Below, in pieces: positions 9,866-20,007 of a stretch of DNA of 64,000 nt. Location: NCBI GenBank assembly GCA_040756235.1, contig JBFLZG010000081.1, forward strand, positions 1-64,000, written 5' to 3'. Made by a program: the position numbers and the translations under genes. The DNA is from a bacterium (GTDB lineage: Bacteria; Desulfobacterota; DSWW01). Positions within the stretch are counted from its first letter, which is position 1. Each line of letters begins with the position of its first letter. The notes beneath the pieces were generated by a model. It saw nothing but the letters and a program-made list of their open reading frames with translations. It made no database searches and was not told the origin of the DNA.

Positions 9866-10834
9866 TCAGCCGAGGAACTCCAGAACGTAGCGCACGGCCA
9901 GACCCGTGATGCCTGCGCCGAGCAGCAGCTTCAGGGCGCGTGCCGGCACAAAGCGCTGCAGGCGCGCACCAACGTACATGCCCATGAAGCCGCCGCCGCC
10001 AAAGAGCAGACCCAGGCACCAGTCCGGAGACACCGCGAGACCCGGTTCCGCAAAGGCCGGCGCGGCCAAGGCGAAAAACAGCACTCCCAGCAGCGAGGTG
10101 AGGCATGTGCCCAGGAGGGCCGCACCGGCAATCGTGTACACCGGCAGCCTATAGAGCGTGACCAGAAACGGCGCGATGATCGCGCCGCCGCCGATGCCGT
10201 ACGTCCCGCCGATGATCCCAACGATCAGTGTAAGAGAAAACAAACCCGGCGTCGAGATGCGAAAGGTCTGTCCGAAGAAGCTGTACGCCACCTCGCGAAG
10301 ATCGAGGCGCACGGTCTTCACCCGCGCCTCCCTCCTGGGCGGAACCCGGGGTGATGCGGCACCGCCCCCGCCCGCCCTTCCCTGCTCCCGGTGAAAATCG
10401 TCCTCCACCGATCGGGCCCGGTCCTGCCGACCTCGGGCCGGCCGCAGGTTCTCGCCCAGGAGCCTCCCCCCGATGTAGAGCAGAACGCATCCCACGAAGA
10501 GCTTGAAGTGACGGGGATCCGGCAGCAGGCAGATCCGGAGAAGGGAACCGAGAAACACCCCGGGGAGGGTCCCGGCGATGATCACCCACGTAACCGGCCA
10601 GGCCATGCGTCCTTCCCGGACGTACCGGTACACCCCGCTCGGGATGGCAACGACATTGAACAGGTGGTTGGTGGGCGTGACCGCGGGGGAGACGAACCCG
10701 AGCACGCTCATCTGGAAGGGGAGCAGGATGAAGGCACCCGAGATGCCCCCCATGGACGTGAAGCAGGAGATGCCGAACGCAACCGCAGGCGGGACCCACC
10801 AGGCGATGTCGACGCCGGACACCGGGAAATGCAT
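9866..10834 (-). CDS. TauE/SafE (TSUP) family membrane transporter
   Basis: Two repeats with GGISGAFILLP and GIGGGAIIAP; multiple TM helices. Confidence 0.85.
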   Translation of the reverse strand: MHFPVSGVDIAWWVPPAVAFGISCFTSMGGISGAFILLPFQMSVLGFVSPAVTPTNHLFNVVAIPSGVYRYVREGRMAWPVTWVIIAGTLPGVFLGSLLRICLLPDPRHFKLFVGCVLLYIGGRLLGENLRPARGRQDRARSVEDDFHREQGRAGGGGAASPRVPPRREARVKTVRLDLREVAYSFFGQTFRISTPGLFSLTLIVGIIGGTYGIGGGAIIAPFLVTLYRLPVYTIAGAALLGTCLTSLLGVLFFALAAPAFAEPGLAVSPDWCLGLLFGGGGFMGMYVGARLQRFVPARALKLLLGAGITGLAVRYVLEFLG

Positions 10835-11060
10835 GAAATGGGGCTCCCGCCCGCCCTGCCGGGGGGGCTCGACGAACGGTCATCCTCCGCCCGCCCTGCG
10901 CTCATCCGTCGCCCCCTCGGCGGCCAGGGACCGCCGAGGCAGGGCGGCGGCTGCGGAATTATGCCAGACGCGCACCGCCGGAGGCAATGCGGGCACCTGA
11001 CTGGCGCCTGTAACTTACTGAAATGAGCGGACATCACAGGATTAAGGAGGAACCAGATCC

Positions 11061-11234
11061 ATGGAAAACAAGATGCCCCATACCGGTCACGAAGAGCACA
11101 TGTGCTACCTGGTCAACATCCGGACCGACCTCTCTAAGCTCAAGGAGCTGGCAAGGGACGCCAAGTTCATCTGCAAGAATTGCGCGCGGGCAGCCAAAGA
11201 GAAGAAGAATCTCTGCAATGCAGAGAGTCTGTGA
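11061..11234 (+). CDS. Small Cys/His-rich putative metal-binding protein (57 aa, not in ORF track)
   Basis: AGGAGG RBS; MENKMPHTGHEEHMCYLVNIRTDLSKLKELARDAKFICKNCARAAKEKKNLCNAESL. Confidence 0.75.
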   Translation: MENKMPHTGHEEHMCYLVNIRTDLSKLKELARDAKFICKNCARAAKEKKNLCNAESL

Positions 11235-11350
11235 GGCCCATCCGACGCCGGGGGTAAGCCGTCGGGCCGGTCCCCTTGAGATGGGAAAGGCGGCCCTGGG
11301 CCGCCTCTCCTCGTCTTTCCTTTCCACCGGGCGCCCTGAACGCGGCTCCC

Positions 11351-13012
11351 TCAGCATCCCGGGTCGTTGGCGCAGTCGTCCGCGCAGTTCAGCTGGCCAT
11401 CCCCGTCCTCGTCATAGTAGCACCACGGCTCGCAAAGGTTGGTTGCGTCCGCGGGGCAGTGGTCCTGGCAGTTGGTCCTTCCATCCCCATCCCCGTCTTC
11501 CGCGCACCAGCACGCGTCGGCGGGATCGTCCGGGCACAGGTCCTGGCAGTTCAGGGTTTCGTCGCCGTCCAGATCACCCGCACAGAAGCAGTTGTTGGCG
11601 CTGTTCGCCAGGCAGGGGTCTTCGCAATTGAGGATCCCGTCCCCGTCCTCGTCGCCGCCGCACCAGGTGCCGCAGGCAGGATTGGGATCGTCCGGGCAGG
11701 GATCCGAACAGTTCAGCATCCCGTCGGCGTCGTTGTCCCCTGCGCACCAGTCGTTCCCGCAGCCCGGGTCGGGATCGTTGGAGCAAGGATCGCTGCAATT
11801 GGAGATGCCGTCCCAATCATCGTCCTCGTCGCACCAGTCGCTCCCGTCGTCCATGACCCCCATCATGAGCAGCAACCCGAGCAGAGTCGGCTCCTCCTGC
11901 TCGGAAGCCAGCACCGGAGGAATGGCGGTCTCATCCATAAAGGTTTCGAAGCCGAGGAAGGTCTGAGGCGTAGTGCCTGCCGGGAAGCTGATGCTCAGGC
12001 TCATCCTGCCCTCACCGGAGGCCGGGTCCACGATCCTCTCGCCGTTCACGCTGAGGTATCCTTCGGTGATCCCCGGCATGCCTTCCGAGGGGACCACGCT
12101 GCAATAGACCTCCACGGCCTCGGCCCCGATCGTGTTGCTGCCCCTGAATTCGACGCCATCCTCTCCCATGCCGAAGTACACCGTCGTGGTTACGTCGCCG
12201 TAAGGGCCGGGCGCTGTCACATCATAGTCACCCGGAGGGGGGCCGCCTTCGAAGTCCGCCGGCATGCACCGGTAGTCCGCTCCATGAAATCCCACGGTTG
12301 CCGGCGGCAGCCCCGACAGACCTCCGGATACCTCTGCACTGAAGGCCACTTTCGGTCCCGAGCCGGCAGGGCATTCGAGGGCGTTCCACTCGAGGCCGGT
12401 TCCGCTGCCGTAGGAAACGATCTGCGTCCCGCCTATGCGCCAGTCGAATACTACGTGCGTCGCCTCCCCGAACACCCGTTTCACGAGCTCCGGGGCCGCC
12501 GTGAACTCCGTCGTCAGATCGTAAATCGTGCCGACGCCAAGGGGAGGGCCGTCTCTCAGCGGGCCCACGATCTGCGCGTGGGTGCGAACGGCCTTGTTCG
12601 CCGGGTCGGAGGCGGCCGCACGCGAGACCGCTACGGTCGCCACCTGGTAATGGGTGATGTCCTTGCTCATGATTCCCAGAACGAAGCTCTCGCCCGGGAT
12701 GCACTCCGCGACCTGAATCGAGGGGTCGGGCCAACTGTCGAGCTCTTCACCCAGAAAATCGGCTGTCGTGCACGAGTCCAAGTAGGCGTGGAGGAATTCC
12801 AGATCTTCCGCATCGAAGAATCCGAGCTCCGGTTCCTGGTACTCGTTGGCAGCCTCGTTGACAAAAGCCGCGGCGATCAGGGCCCGGTCCAGTCCCGCAA
12901 CCGCGTGCGTGACCCCCGGTTTGGGCAGCGGTCCGGGAGCACAGCCCTGAGCCCCAAGCGCCGCTTGCAGGACCACGATCGCCCAAAGTGTGCGTCTGCG
13001 GATGGCCTTCAT
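11351..13012 (-). CDS. Putative lipoprotein with six C-terminal thrombospondin type-3-like Ca-binding repeats
   Basis: Signal peptide ending AQGC; six DxDxD(G/E)xxNCxDxC units; AGGAG RBS. Confidence 0.75.
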   Translation of the reverse strand: MKAIRRRTLWAIVVLQAALGAQGCAPGPLPKPGVTHAVAGLDRALIAAAFVNEAANEYQEPELGFFDAEDLEFLHAYLDSCTTADFLGEELDSWPDPSIQVAECIPGESFVLGIMSKDITHYQVATVAVSRAAASDPANKAVRTHAQIVGPLRDGPPLGVGTIYDLTTEFTAAPELVKRVFGEATHVVFDWRIGGTQIVSYGSGTGLEWNALECPAGSGPKVAFSAEVSGGLSGLPPATVGFHGADYRCMPADFEGGPPPGDYDVTAPGPYGDVTTTVYFGMGEDGVEFRGSNTIGAEAVEVYCSVVPSEGMPGITEGYLSVNGERIVDPASGEGRMSLSISFPAGTTPQTFLGFETFMDETAIPPVLASEQEEPTLLGLLLMMGVMDDGSDWCDEDDDWDGISNCSDPCSNDPDPGCGNDWCAGDNDADGMLNCSDPCPDDPNPACGTWCGGDEDGDGILNCEDPCLANSANNCFCAGDLDGDETLNCQDLCPDDPADACWCAEDGDGDGRTNCQDHCPADATNLCEPWCYYDEDGDGQLNCADDCANDPGC

Positions 13013-13082
13013 GATTCTCACTCCTGATTTCCCGGGTTGCTCGGAGACTGCCACGGATCTTCACGTTTTGTATCCCATAACC

Positions 13083-13098
13083 AGCAATGCGCGTGCCA
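13083..13098 (-). promoter_or_regulatory. Sigma-54 promoter of the repeat lipoprotein gene
   Basis: Minus strand TGGCAC-GCGCA-TTGCT matches the consensus; about 70 bp upstream of the ATG. Confidence 0.7.
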
Positions 13099-13345
13099 GA
13101 AAAGCAGCCGCGAACGTCTGGACCGCCTAAGTCCTTGCGACAACAGGGCTTTTCTACATATCTCGAGCCGATTCCATGAGAAAAACCGGTTCCGCGAGGC
13201 TGTCTCGAGGCGCGTTTCCGCTCAAATCGGCAGGAATGTCACGATCAAATTGAGAGAATTCTCATTCGAAGAAGCGCTGGGAGGAAGCTGCCGCGACCCT
13301 GCACGACCATCGAGAGCGGGCGTTTTCACTTGCCCGCAGAGGGTC

Positions 13346-13888
13346 TCAGCCGAGTGACTTCAGGACCTCCCTCAGAGGGGTCCCGTTCCGATCCTTGGGA
13401 GAAAGGATCGGGTCCTGCACCGGCCACAGGATCCCGATATCGGGGTCGTTCCAGAGGATGGTGAGCTCGTCTCCGGGTGCGTAGAAGTCCGTGCACTTGT
13501 ATTCGACCTGCGCTCGATCGCTGACCACGCAGAACCCGTGCGCGAATCCCGGGGGGATGTACAGGAGCCGGAAGTTGTCGGCCGACAACGTCGTCCCGAC
13601 CCAGCGGCCCGCGGTTGCCGACCCGTGACGGATGTCGACCGCCACGTCGAAGACCTCTCCCTCCACTACGCGTATGAGCTTCCCCTGGGGATGCGTTCGC
13701 TGGGCGTGCAGCCCGCGGACCGTCCCGCGAACGGACCTGGAGTGGTTGTCTTGTACGAAGGTCGCGCCGATGCCGCCCTCCCCGAATTTCGCAGCATGGT
13801 AGCTTTCCAGAAAAAAACCTCGGGCGTCCCGGTAGACCACCGGTTCGACGATCACGACTCCCTCGAGCTCAGTGGGAATGAACTTCAT
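13346..13888 (-). CDS. rfbC: dTDP-4-dehydrorhamnose 3,5-epimerase
   Basis: [43 protein letters not shown]. Confidence 0.95.
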   Translation of the reverse strand: MKFIPTELEGVVIVEPVVYRDARGFFLESYHAAKFGEGGIGATFVQDNHSRSVRGTVRGLHAQRTHPQGKLIRVVEGEVFDVAVDIRHGSATAGRWVGTTLSADNFRLLYIPPGFAHGFCVVSDRAQVEYKCTDFYAPGDELTILWNDPDIGILWPVQDPILSPKDRNGTPLREVLKSLG

Positions 13889-14029
13889 CCACGACTCTCC
13901 GAGCTGTTGCGCGACCCTGCGGCCGGCTCTTGGTCAAGAGGGTTTCTTTCGAAACAGGCTGGGGTTGCAGGCCGCTCGGACGGAGCGCGTGGGTGAGCTC
14001 CGAACCGTGCACGAGAGACCACACAGGTC

Positions 14030-15673
14030 TCAGATCGCCATCTCTCGCGTGTTGGCCTCGTCCTCGAGACCTTTCGGGTCCAGGAGCACGTTCACGATGG
14101 CCGGTTTACCGGAGGCAAAGGCGCGGCGCACCGCCGCCTGGATGTCCCCGGGATTCTCCACGAGCTCGCCGTAGCCCCCCATTGCCTCGGCGAGCCTGTC
14201 GTAACGGGTCGTGTAGCTCAAGTCGGTCCCGGTGCTGCGGCTCCCTCCGAAGAACACGACCTGGGGCGTCCGGATCTGACCCCACCCGGCATCGTTTCCG
14301 ATGACGGCAACCGCCGGAAGCCGGAATCGGACCAGCGTATCGAAATCCATGGCGGTAATCCCGAAGGCCCCGTCTCCGTTGAGGATGAGGATCTTCTTGT
14401 CCGGACGGGCCGCCTTGGCTGCGATCGCGAAAGGGATCCCCACACCCAGACACCCCATCGGCCCCGGGTCCATCCAGTGCCCGTGCCGGTGGACCTTCAG
14501 CAGACGGCCGGCCACCACGACGATGTCGCCCCCGTCACCGATCACGATCGTATCTTCATCGATCACGCCGGCGAGCTCCCGGACCAGCCGGTAGTGGTTC
14601 ACCGGGGCCTCGTCACTGCCGCACTTGGCCTCGATCTTTGCGACCAGCCTGCTTTCCTCGCTGCGCAGGAGCTCCACCCATGGCAGCTCGGGCCTGGCCC
14701 CGATCTCCGCGCCCAGGGCTTCCAAGACAGCCCCCACGTCTCCGATGATGCCCACCTCGGCGGCCCGATTGTGCCCGATCCAGGAGCCGTCGATGTCCAC
14801 CTGGACGAGCTTCGCCGCTGGGTCGATCCCTCTGCCGAACCCCAGGCGGAAATCCAGCGGGACGCCGAGGCTCAGGACGACGTCGGCTCTCTTCAGGGCG
14901 ACGCGGCGGCACCTGGAGAAATGCAGCGGGTGGTCCGGCGGAAGGGCGCCCCGGCCCATGGCGTTCAGGAATACCGGGAAATGCGTCGCATCGGCAAATC
15001 GCTCCAGGCCGGCCGCGGCCCGGGACCACCAGAGCGGGCTGCCTCCCAACACCACCGGCCGCTCGGCTCCCCGGAGCAGCTCGGCCGCCCGCCGTACGTA
15101 GCGCGGCTCTCCCCATGGCCGGCTCTCGGTCCTGTACCCCTCCGGCCAGGCAACGCTCTTTTCCTCTGCGGTCTGCAACAGCAGGTCGATCGGTATTTCC
15201 AGAAACACGGGGCCGGGACGGCCGTCCAGCGCGTGCCGGAAGGCCATGGCCACATACTCCGGGATGCGGTCCACCGCCGGCACGCACCGCGCCCACTTGG
15301 TAATCGGCCGCACGACTTCGAGCTGGTTCATCTCCTGCAGGGAGCCTTTCTCGAAGGCGCTCATCGGGCTTCTGCCCGCCAGGACGATCATCGGGACCTC
15401 GGCCCGCTGGGCGTTGGCGATCGCCGTTACCGAGTTCGTGACCCCCGGCCCGGCCGTGACCAGGGCCACTCCGGGCCGGCCCGTCACCCGCGCCCACCCG
15501 TCCGCCGCGAACGCGGCGCTCTGCTCGTGCCGCACGTCGATCAGGCGGATCCCTTCGTCTTCGCATCCGAGGTAGATCGGCGCCACGTGGCCGCCGCAGA
15601 GCAGAAAGACGCACTCCACCCCTTCCTTTTTCAGCGCCTTTGCCACGAGCCTGCCGGCCATCATCTCGGCCAT
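14030..15673 (-). CDS. Thiamine-diphosphate enzyme, acetolactate synthase-like / 2-hydroxyacyl-CoA lyase-like
   Basis: DVRHEQSAAFAADGWAR, TAGPGVTN, ThDP motif GDGAFG...GNDAGWG. Confidence 0.85.
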   Translation of the reverse strand: MAEMMAGRLVAKALKKEGVECVFLLCGGHVAPIYLGCEDEGIRLIDVRHEQSAAFAADGWARVTGRPGVALVTAGPGVTNSVTAIANAQRAEVPMIVLAGRSPMSAFEKGSLQEMNQLEVVRPITKWARCVPAVDRIPEYVAMAFRHALDGRPGPVFLEIPIDLLLQTAEEKSVAWPEGYRTESRPWGEPRYVRRAAELLRGAERPVVLGGSPLWWSRAAAGLERFADATHFPVFLNAMGRGALPPDHPLHFSRCRRVALKRADVVLSLGVPLDFRLGFGRGIDPAAKLVQVDIDGSWIGHNRAAEVGIIGDVGAVLEALGAEIGARPELPWVELLRSEESRLVAKIEAKCGSDEAPVNHYRLVRELAGVIDEDTIVIGDGGDIVVVAGRLLKVHRHGHWMDPGPMGCLGVGIPFAIAAKAARPDKKILILNGDGAFGITAMDFDTLVRFRLPAVAVIGNDAGWGQIRTPQVVFFGGSRSTGTDLSYTTRYDRLAEAMGGYGELVENPGDIQAAVRRAFASGKPAIVNVLLDPKGLEDEANTREMAI

Positions 15674-16016
15674 TCTCTCACCTCCGGGGATTCGTTCCGG
15701 TCACAACCCGCTTCGCTTCACGAGCATGAAAGAGTCGCACCCGGCGTTGCGCCCATCTTGCCATGCCCCGCCGGATCCAGGCAACCCGCACCTCCTCCAA
15801 TACCGCCTCCGCAGCCTGGTCTTGCTACAGAATAGATGAACGGCCTACCCACGCCGGTTCGGCCCTGCGGGCCGCCGCGCGGGACGCCCTCTTCCGGCGC
15901 AGGCAGCGCGTCCGCATGCGGCGCCCCGGTAGCCTCCGCGTTGAAAGCGCGCTTTCCCTGTGATATGGAAGCTCGTGTGCCGGGCGTTGCCTGCCGACCC
16001 AAGAGGGAGGACCGAT

Positions 16017-17102
16017 ATGCTCACCCGAGGCGACGACTACCCCATCCACCAGAGAGCCGAGCCGATCGCCACTGCAGGCGGTGACCTCAACTTCTACGAC
16101 CGTTACTTCTTCAACGGATACGCGCGCGAGGGGCGGGCCTTCTTCGCCGTCGCCCTGGGCGTGTACCCCCATCGCAACGTGGTCGACGCCTCCTTCTGCG
16201 TCATCCACGAAGGCGTCCAGCACAACCTCAGGGCTTCCAGACATCTGGGCGCAGAGCGCATGGACACCCGCGCGGGTCCTGTCTCGATCGAAGTCCTCGA
16301 ACCGCTCAGATCTCTGAGGGTTGCTGTCGGCGACAACCCTCACGGCATACGGGCCGAAGTCGTGTTCACGGCCAGAGCACCCGCGCTCGAGGAGCCCCGC
16401 TTCCGCCGCGAGCTCGGCCGCAACGCCGTCATGGACTACACGCGCCTCACCCAGAACGGCTGCTACCACGGATTCATCTCGGTAGGCCGAAGCCGCATCG
16501 ACATCACCCCGGACTGGGTCGGCACCCGCGACCGCTCGTGGGGCGTTCGCCCCCTCGGCTCCCTGCAGAACCTTTCCGAGCCGGGCACGATCCCGCAGTT
16601 CTACTGGCTCTGGGCGCCCGTCAACTTCGACGATTGCGTCACCCTTTACGACCTCAACGACGATGCCGGCGGGACTGCCTGGCACACCCACGGCGTCATG
16701 GTCCGGCTCCCGGACGGCGAGCCGGAGGCCATGCGCGCCGTCTCCAGCCGGGTGCAATACCGGTCCGGCACGCGTCATGCCCGCTCCGCCGAGATCTTCT
16801 TCGTCCGGCCGAGCGGCCGGGAGCTCCGCCTGCTCTTCGAGCCCCTCTACCATTTCTACATGTCCGGCCTCGGCTACACCCACCCCGAGTGGGGCCACGG
16901 AGTCGACCGGGGAGAGATGGTCGTCGGCTATGATACGATCGACCTGGCCACCGTGGACGAGAGCATTCCGCTCTACCTGCACATCCAGGCGGTGAGCCGC
17001 GTGGAGATGAACGGCCGCCGTGGCATGGGGGTCCTCGAGCAGCTCGTCCTCGGGCCGCACGCGCCGTCGGGCTTCAACGGCCTGCTGGACCCCGCCCCGT
17101 AA
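16017..17102 (+). CDS. Conserved hypothetical beta-rich protein
   Basis: GGAGG RBS; DDYPIHQ, NFYDRYFFNG, GTRDRSWGVRP motifs; function unknown. Confidence 0.7.
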   Translation: MLTRGDDYPIHQRAEPIATAGGDLNFYDRYFFNGYAREGRAFFAVALGVYPHRNVVDASFCVIHEGVQHNLRASRHLGAERMDTRAGPVSIEVLEPLRSLRVAVGDNPHGIRAEVVFTARAPALEEPRFRRELGRNAVMDYTRLTQNGCYHGFISVGRSRIDITPDWVGTRDRSWGVRPLGSLQNLSEPGTIPQFYWLWAPVNFDDCVTLYDLNDDAGGTAWHTHGVMVRLPDGEPEAMRAVSSRVQYRSGTRHARSAEIFFVRPSGRELRLLFEPLYHFYMSGLGYTHPEWGHGVDRGEMVVGYDTIDLATVDESIPLYLHIQAVSRVEMNGRRGMGVLEQLVLGPHAPSGFNGLLDPAP

Positions 17103-17197
17103 CAGGCTGTGGAAGACCCCATCTGCGAGGTACCCTCAGGGGAGAAAAATTTCTCGCCCCAACAAGGCTCGCCAAGCAGGGTCGAGCCCCCTTCCCA

Positions 17198-18124
17198 TCA
17201 ACCCTGGCTCGAGAAGCGATCGCCTGCGCGGATTCCCATGCGCGCCGCCAGCTCCGCCGCCTTCTCCTTGCCCCCTATCTCCACCTTGGCTTTGCCGACT
17301 GCCAGCTGCCCGCCGGCCAGGGCGACGCGCAAGCCCTGTTCATCGATTCCCAGGACCGTGCCCGGCGCGTCGTCGACAGCGACCGGAACCAGCCCGGGCG
17401 CGTAAAACCTCACCTTTTGCCCGCCGATGAAGCTGAAGGCGCCGGGCTGGGGGTCGCAGCCGCGGACCAGGTTATAGACCTCTCCGGCAGGCTTTCCCCA
17501 GTCGATTGCGGCCACCCGATCGTTGCAGAGCGGCTCGTAGGTGGCGAGCGCCTCGTCCTGAGGGATCCTGGGAGCGCGGCCCGCCTCGATCAGCCCGACC
17601 GCTTCCAGGATGGCCTCGACGCCGATCGGAAAGAGGCGGTTGAAGTACAAGCTGCCGGTGGTATCGTCGGCAGCGATCGCCGCCTCTTTTTGGAGCAGGA
17701 TCGGACCGGTGTCGATCCCTTCGTCCGGCCAGAAGATGCTGATCCCGGTCTTCTCGTCTCCCATGATCACGGCCCAGTTGACCGCGCTGCCCCCCCGGTG
17801 GCGCGGCAACAGGGAAGGATGGAAATTGATCGTCCCCTGGAGCGGGACGCCGAAATAGCGCGCCGGGATGATGTCGGTGACGAAGGCCATGACGGTCAGG
17901 TCCGGGCGCAACGACCGGTACTCGGAGAAGACCTGCTCGTCCCTGTACGTACCGGGTTGAACGACCTTCACCCCGCCCGATACGGACGCCTCCTTGAGCG
18001 GGTCCGGCCGCTGGCCGGGCTGGTCCGGGATGGTGTAGGCCGCCACCATCTCGTGATTTCTTTTTGCCAAGGCTTCCAAGACCTTCGCACCGAAAGCGGC
18101 CTGACCGATGAGCACGATTCGCAT
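17198..18124 (-). CDS. Formyltransferase family protein (Fmt-like / 10-formyl-THF hydrolase-like)
   Basis: NFHPSLLPRHRGGSAVNW, GIDTGPILLQ, IDW...VRGCDPQPGA. Confidence 0.85.
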   Translation of the reverse strand: MRIVLIGQAAFGAKVLEALAKRNHEMVAAYTIPDQPGQRPDPLKEASVSGGVKVVQPGTYRDEQVFSEYRSLRPDLTVMAFVTDIIPARYFGVPLQGTINFHPSLLPRHRGGSAVNWAVIMGDEKTGISIFWPDEGIDTGPILLQKEAAIAADDTTGSLYFNRLFPIGVEAILEAVGLIEAGRAPRIPQDEALATYEPLCNDRVAAIDWGKPAGEVYNLVRGCDPQPGAFSFIGGQKVRFYAPGLVPVAVDDAPGTVLGIDEQGLRVALAGGQLAVGKAKVEIGGKEKAAELAARMGIRAGDRFSSQG

Positions 18125-18144
18125 GGCTTCTCTCCCTTGTCAGG

Positions 18145-19713
18145 TCAAACGCCCCTGCCCTTCCAGTACGGAGCCTTGAGCACTTTCTTGAGGACCTTGC
18201 CGGTCTCCGTCTTCGGCAGCTCCTCCATGAAGTGCACGGACCTCGGGACCTTGTAGCCGGCCAGATGCTCCCGGCAGTAGCGAGTGATCTCGTCGGCCGT
18301 GAGCATCTCTCCGCTCTTTCGAACGACCATGGCCTTGACCGACTCGCCCCAGTCCTCGTCCGGGACACCGAAGACCGCAGCCTCCAGCACTCCGGGATGC
18401 TTGTGGAGCACAGCCTCGATCTCCGCCGGATAGATGTTCTCGCCGCCGCTGATGATCATGTCGAACTTGCGGTCCACCAGATAGTAGTATCCCTCTCGGT
18501 CCCGGTAAGCCAGGTCGCCGGTGTAGAACCAGCCGTCCCGGAACGACCTCCTCGAGCCCTCCGCGTCCTTGTAGTACTCGGTGGCCATCCGGATCGGGAC
18601 GCCTGCCATCGGTCGCATGACGATCTGTCCCGTCTCCCCCTCGGGGACCTCCCTTCCCCCCTCGTCCACGAGCTTGATCTCCACGGCAGGCAGGGCCTTG
18701 CCGACCGAGCCCGGCTTCGAGAGCTGCTCTTCCGGAGGCAGGTAGGTGGCCACCCCGACTTCGGTCCCGCCGTAGAACTCGTGCAGCCCGACATTCGGGA
18801 AGCTCGCGATGATCCAGCGCTTGGTCGCAAACGGGATCGGCGCCGAGGACTGGACCAGGCACGTCAGCGAGGAGACATCGTATTTCCGAAAGACCTCTGC
18901 CGGAAGGTTCCGGATCCTGTTGAACATCGTGGGGACCATGGACGAGAAGGTCACCTTGTGTCTATCAATCAGACGCAGAGCCTCTTCCGGCTCGAACCGC
19001 TCCATGAGCACAACCGTCTGGCCCGCATAGTGGCCGATCGTCGAGCTCGAGAGCGCGTTGGCGTGAAAGAGCGGCATGGCCAGGAGCTGGACGTCGGTCT
19101 CCTTCACGCGGAAGATCGCCGACAGGCCCGCCGACTTCAGGTCCCAGTCTCCGTGCGGGTTGACCGCCCCCTTCGGCAAACCCGTCGTCCCCGAGGTATA
19201 CCCGATGAAGAAGGGGTCCTTGGGATCGTTACGCATCCCGGGCTCGGCCGCGGACGCTCCCGCCAGTAGATCTTCGTAGGCATGCATGCCCGCCGGGGCG
19301 CGCTCGTCCAGGCAAACGGTCCGGCCGGCCGGGATGCGGGTGAGGTCGTTGCGGATCGCACGGAATTTGTCGAGGAAATCCCGCGAGACCACCATGGCTG
19401 AAGATTCGGAGTTGTCGATGATGTAGCGCATCTCCTCCGAGGCCAGCCGCCAGTTGACCGGGACGAGGGTCATGCCGGCCTTGACCAGCCCGTAGAGGAC
19501 CTCCAGGAACGCGGGCCGGTTCCGCAGGAGAACCGCCACCCGATCCTTGCGGCCCAGACCGAGCGAAACGAGCGCGTTCGCACATCGGGCGGCGCGCTCG
19601 TTCAGCTCATGGTAAGTCGTCACCTTGTCCTGAAAGACGACGGCCGCTTTCCCGGGAAACGCCTGCGCGTTCTCTCTGATCTTGGCTCCGAGATCCATTC
19701 TTCTCTCCGTCAA
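18145..19713 (-). CDS. Acyl-CoA synthetase (AMP-forming)
   Basis: YTSGTTGLPKG, FYGGTE, GWFYTGDLA, DRKFDMIISGGENIYPAEIE, LPKTETGK. Confidence 0.9.
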   Translation of the reverse strand: MTERRMDLGAKIRENAQAFPGKAAVVFQDKVTTYHELNERAARCANALVSLGLGRKDRVAVLLRNRPAFLEVLYGLVKAGMTLVPVNWRLASEEMRYIIDNSESSAMVVSRDFLDKFRAIRNDLTRIPAGRTVCLDERAPAGMHAYEDLLAGASAAEPGMRNDPKDPFFIGYTSGTTGLPKGAVNPHGDWDLKSAGLSAIFRVKETDVQLLAMPLFHANALSSSTIGHYAGQTVVLMERFEPEEALRLIDRHKVTFSSMVPTMFNRIRNLPAEVFRKYDVSSLTCLVQSSAPIPFATKRWIIASFPNVGLHEFYGGTEVGVATYLPPEEQLSKPGSVGKALPAVEIKLVDEGGREVPEGETGQIVMRPMAGVPIRMATEYYKDAEGSRRSFRDGWFYTGDLAYRDREGYYYLVDRKFDMIISGGENIYPAEIEAVLHKHPGVLEAAVFGVPDEDWGESVKAMVVRKSGEMLTADEITRYCREHLAGYKVPRSVHFMEELPKTETGKVLKKVLKAPYWKGRGV

Positions 19714-19852
19714 GAGCGCCTTGCCGCCGGTCCGGGCAGGCCCACCCGCCCCTTCCGTTTTCGGCTCGAATGATCCGACATGCTCCCCCCTTTCGTCAAT
19801 CCGCCCCGCGGCGCGCGGCCGACAACCCTCCGTGCCTGCCCCGGAACCTGAT

Positions 19853-19881
19853 TTGACGAGCGTACATCTAGAGTGTAAATT
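19853..19881 (+). promoter_or_regulatory. Putative sigma-70 promoter
   Basis: TTGACG-N17-TAAATT; would start transcription at about 19888, the riboswitch 5' end. Confidence 0.5.
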
Positions 19882-19888
19882 TGCGTTA

Positions 19889-19937
19889 AGGTGATGGAGT
19901 TCACCTCACAACCGCCCAGCCGGCTGATAACTCCTGT
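19889..19937 (+). ncRNA. Fluoride riboswitch (crcB motif)
   Basis: AGGTGA-TGGAGT-TCACCT stem-loop, AACCGC...GCTGATAACTCCT; loop GGAGT can pseudoknot with ACTCC. Confidence 0.85.
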
Positions 19938-20007
19938 TCGAGGAAAGGATTTCCTGGCAGGAGTTGTCGAACGAAAACTCCTCCAGGCAAACGGGAGGAG
20001 TTTTTTC

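Noticed and set aside
11276..13027. Long antisense or alternate-frame ORFs, e.g. 583 aa here, 788 aa at 24432-26798, 547 aa at 29953-31596 and 53959-55602
   Set aside because: Shadows of well-supported genes on the opposite strand, as expected in high-GC DNA; no motifs
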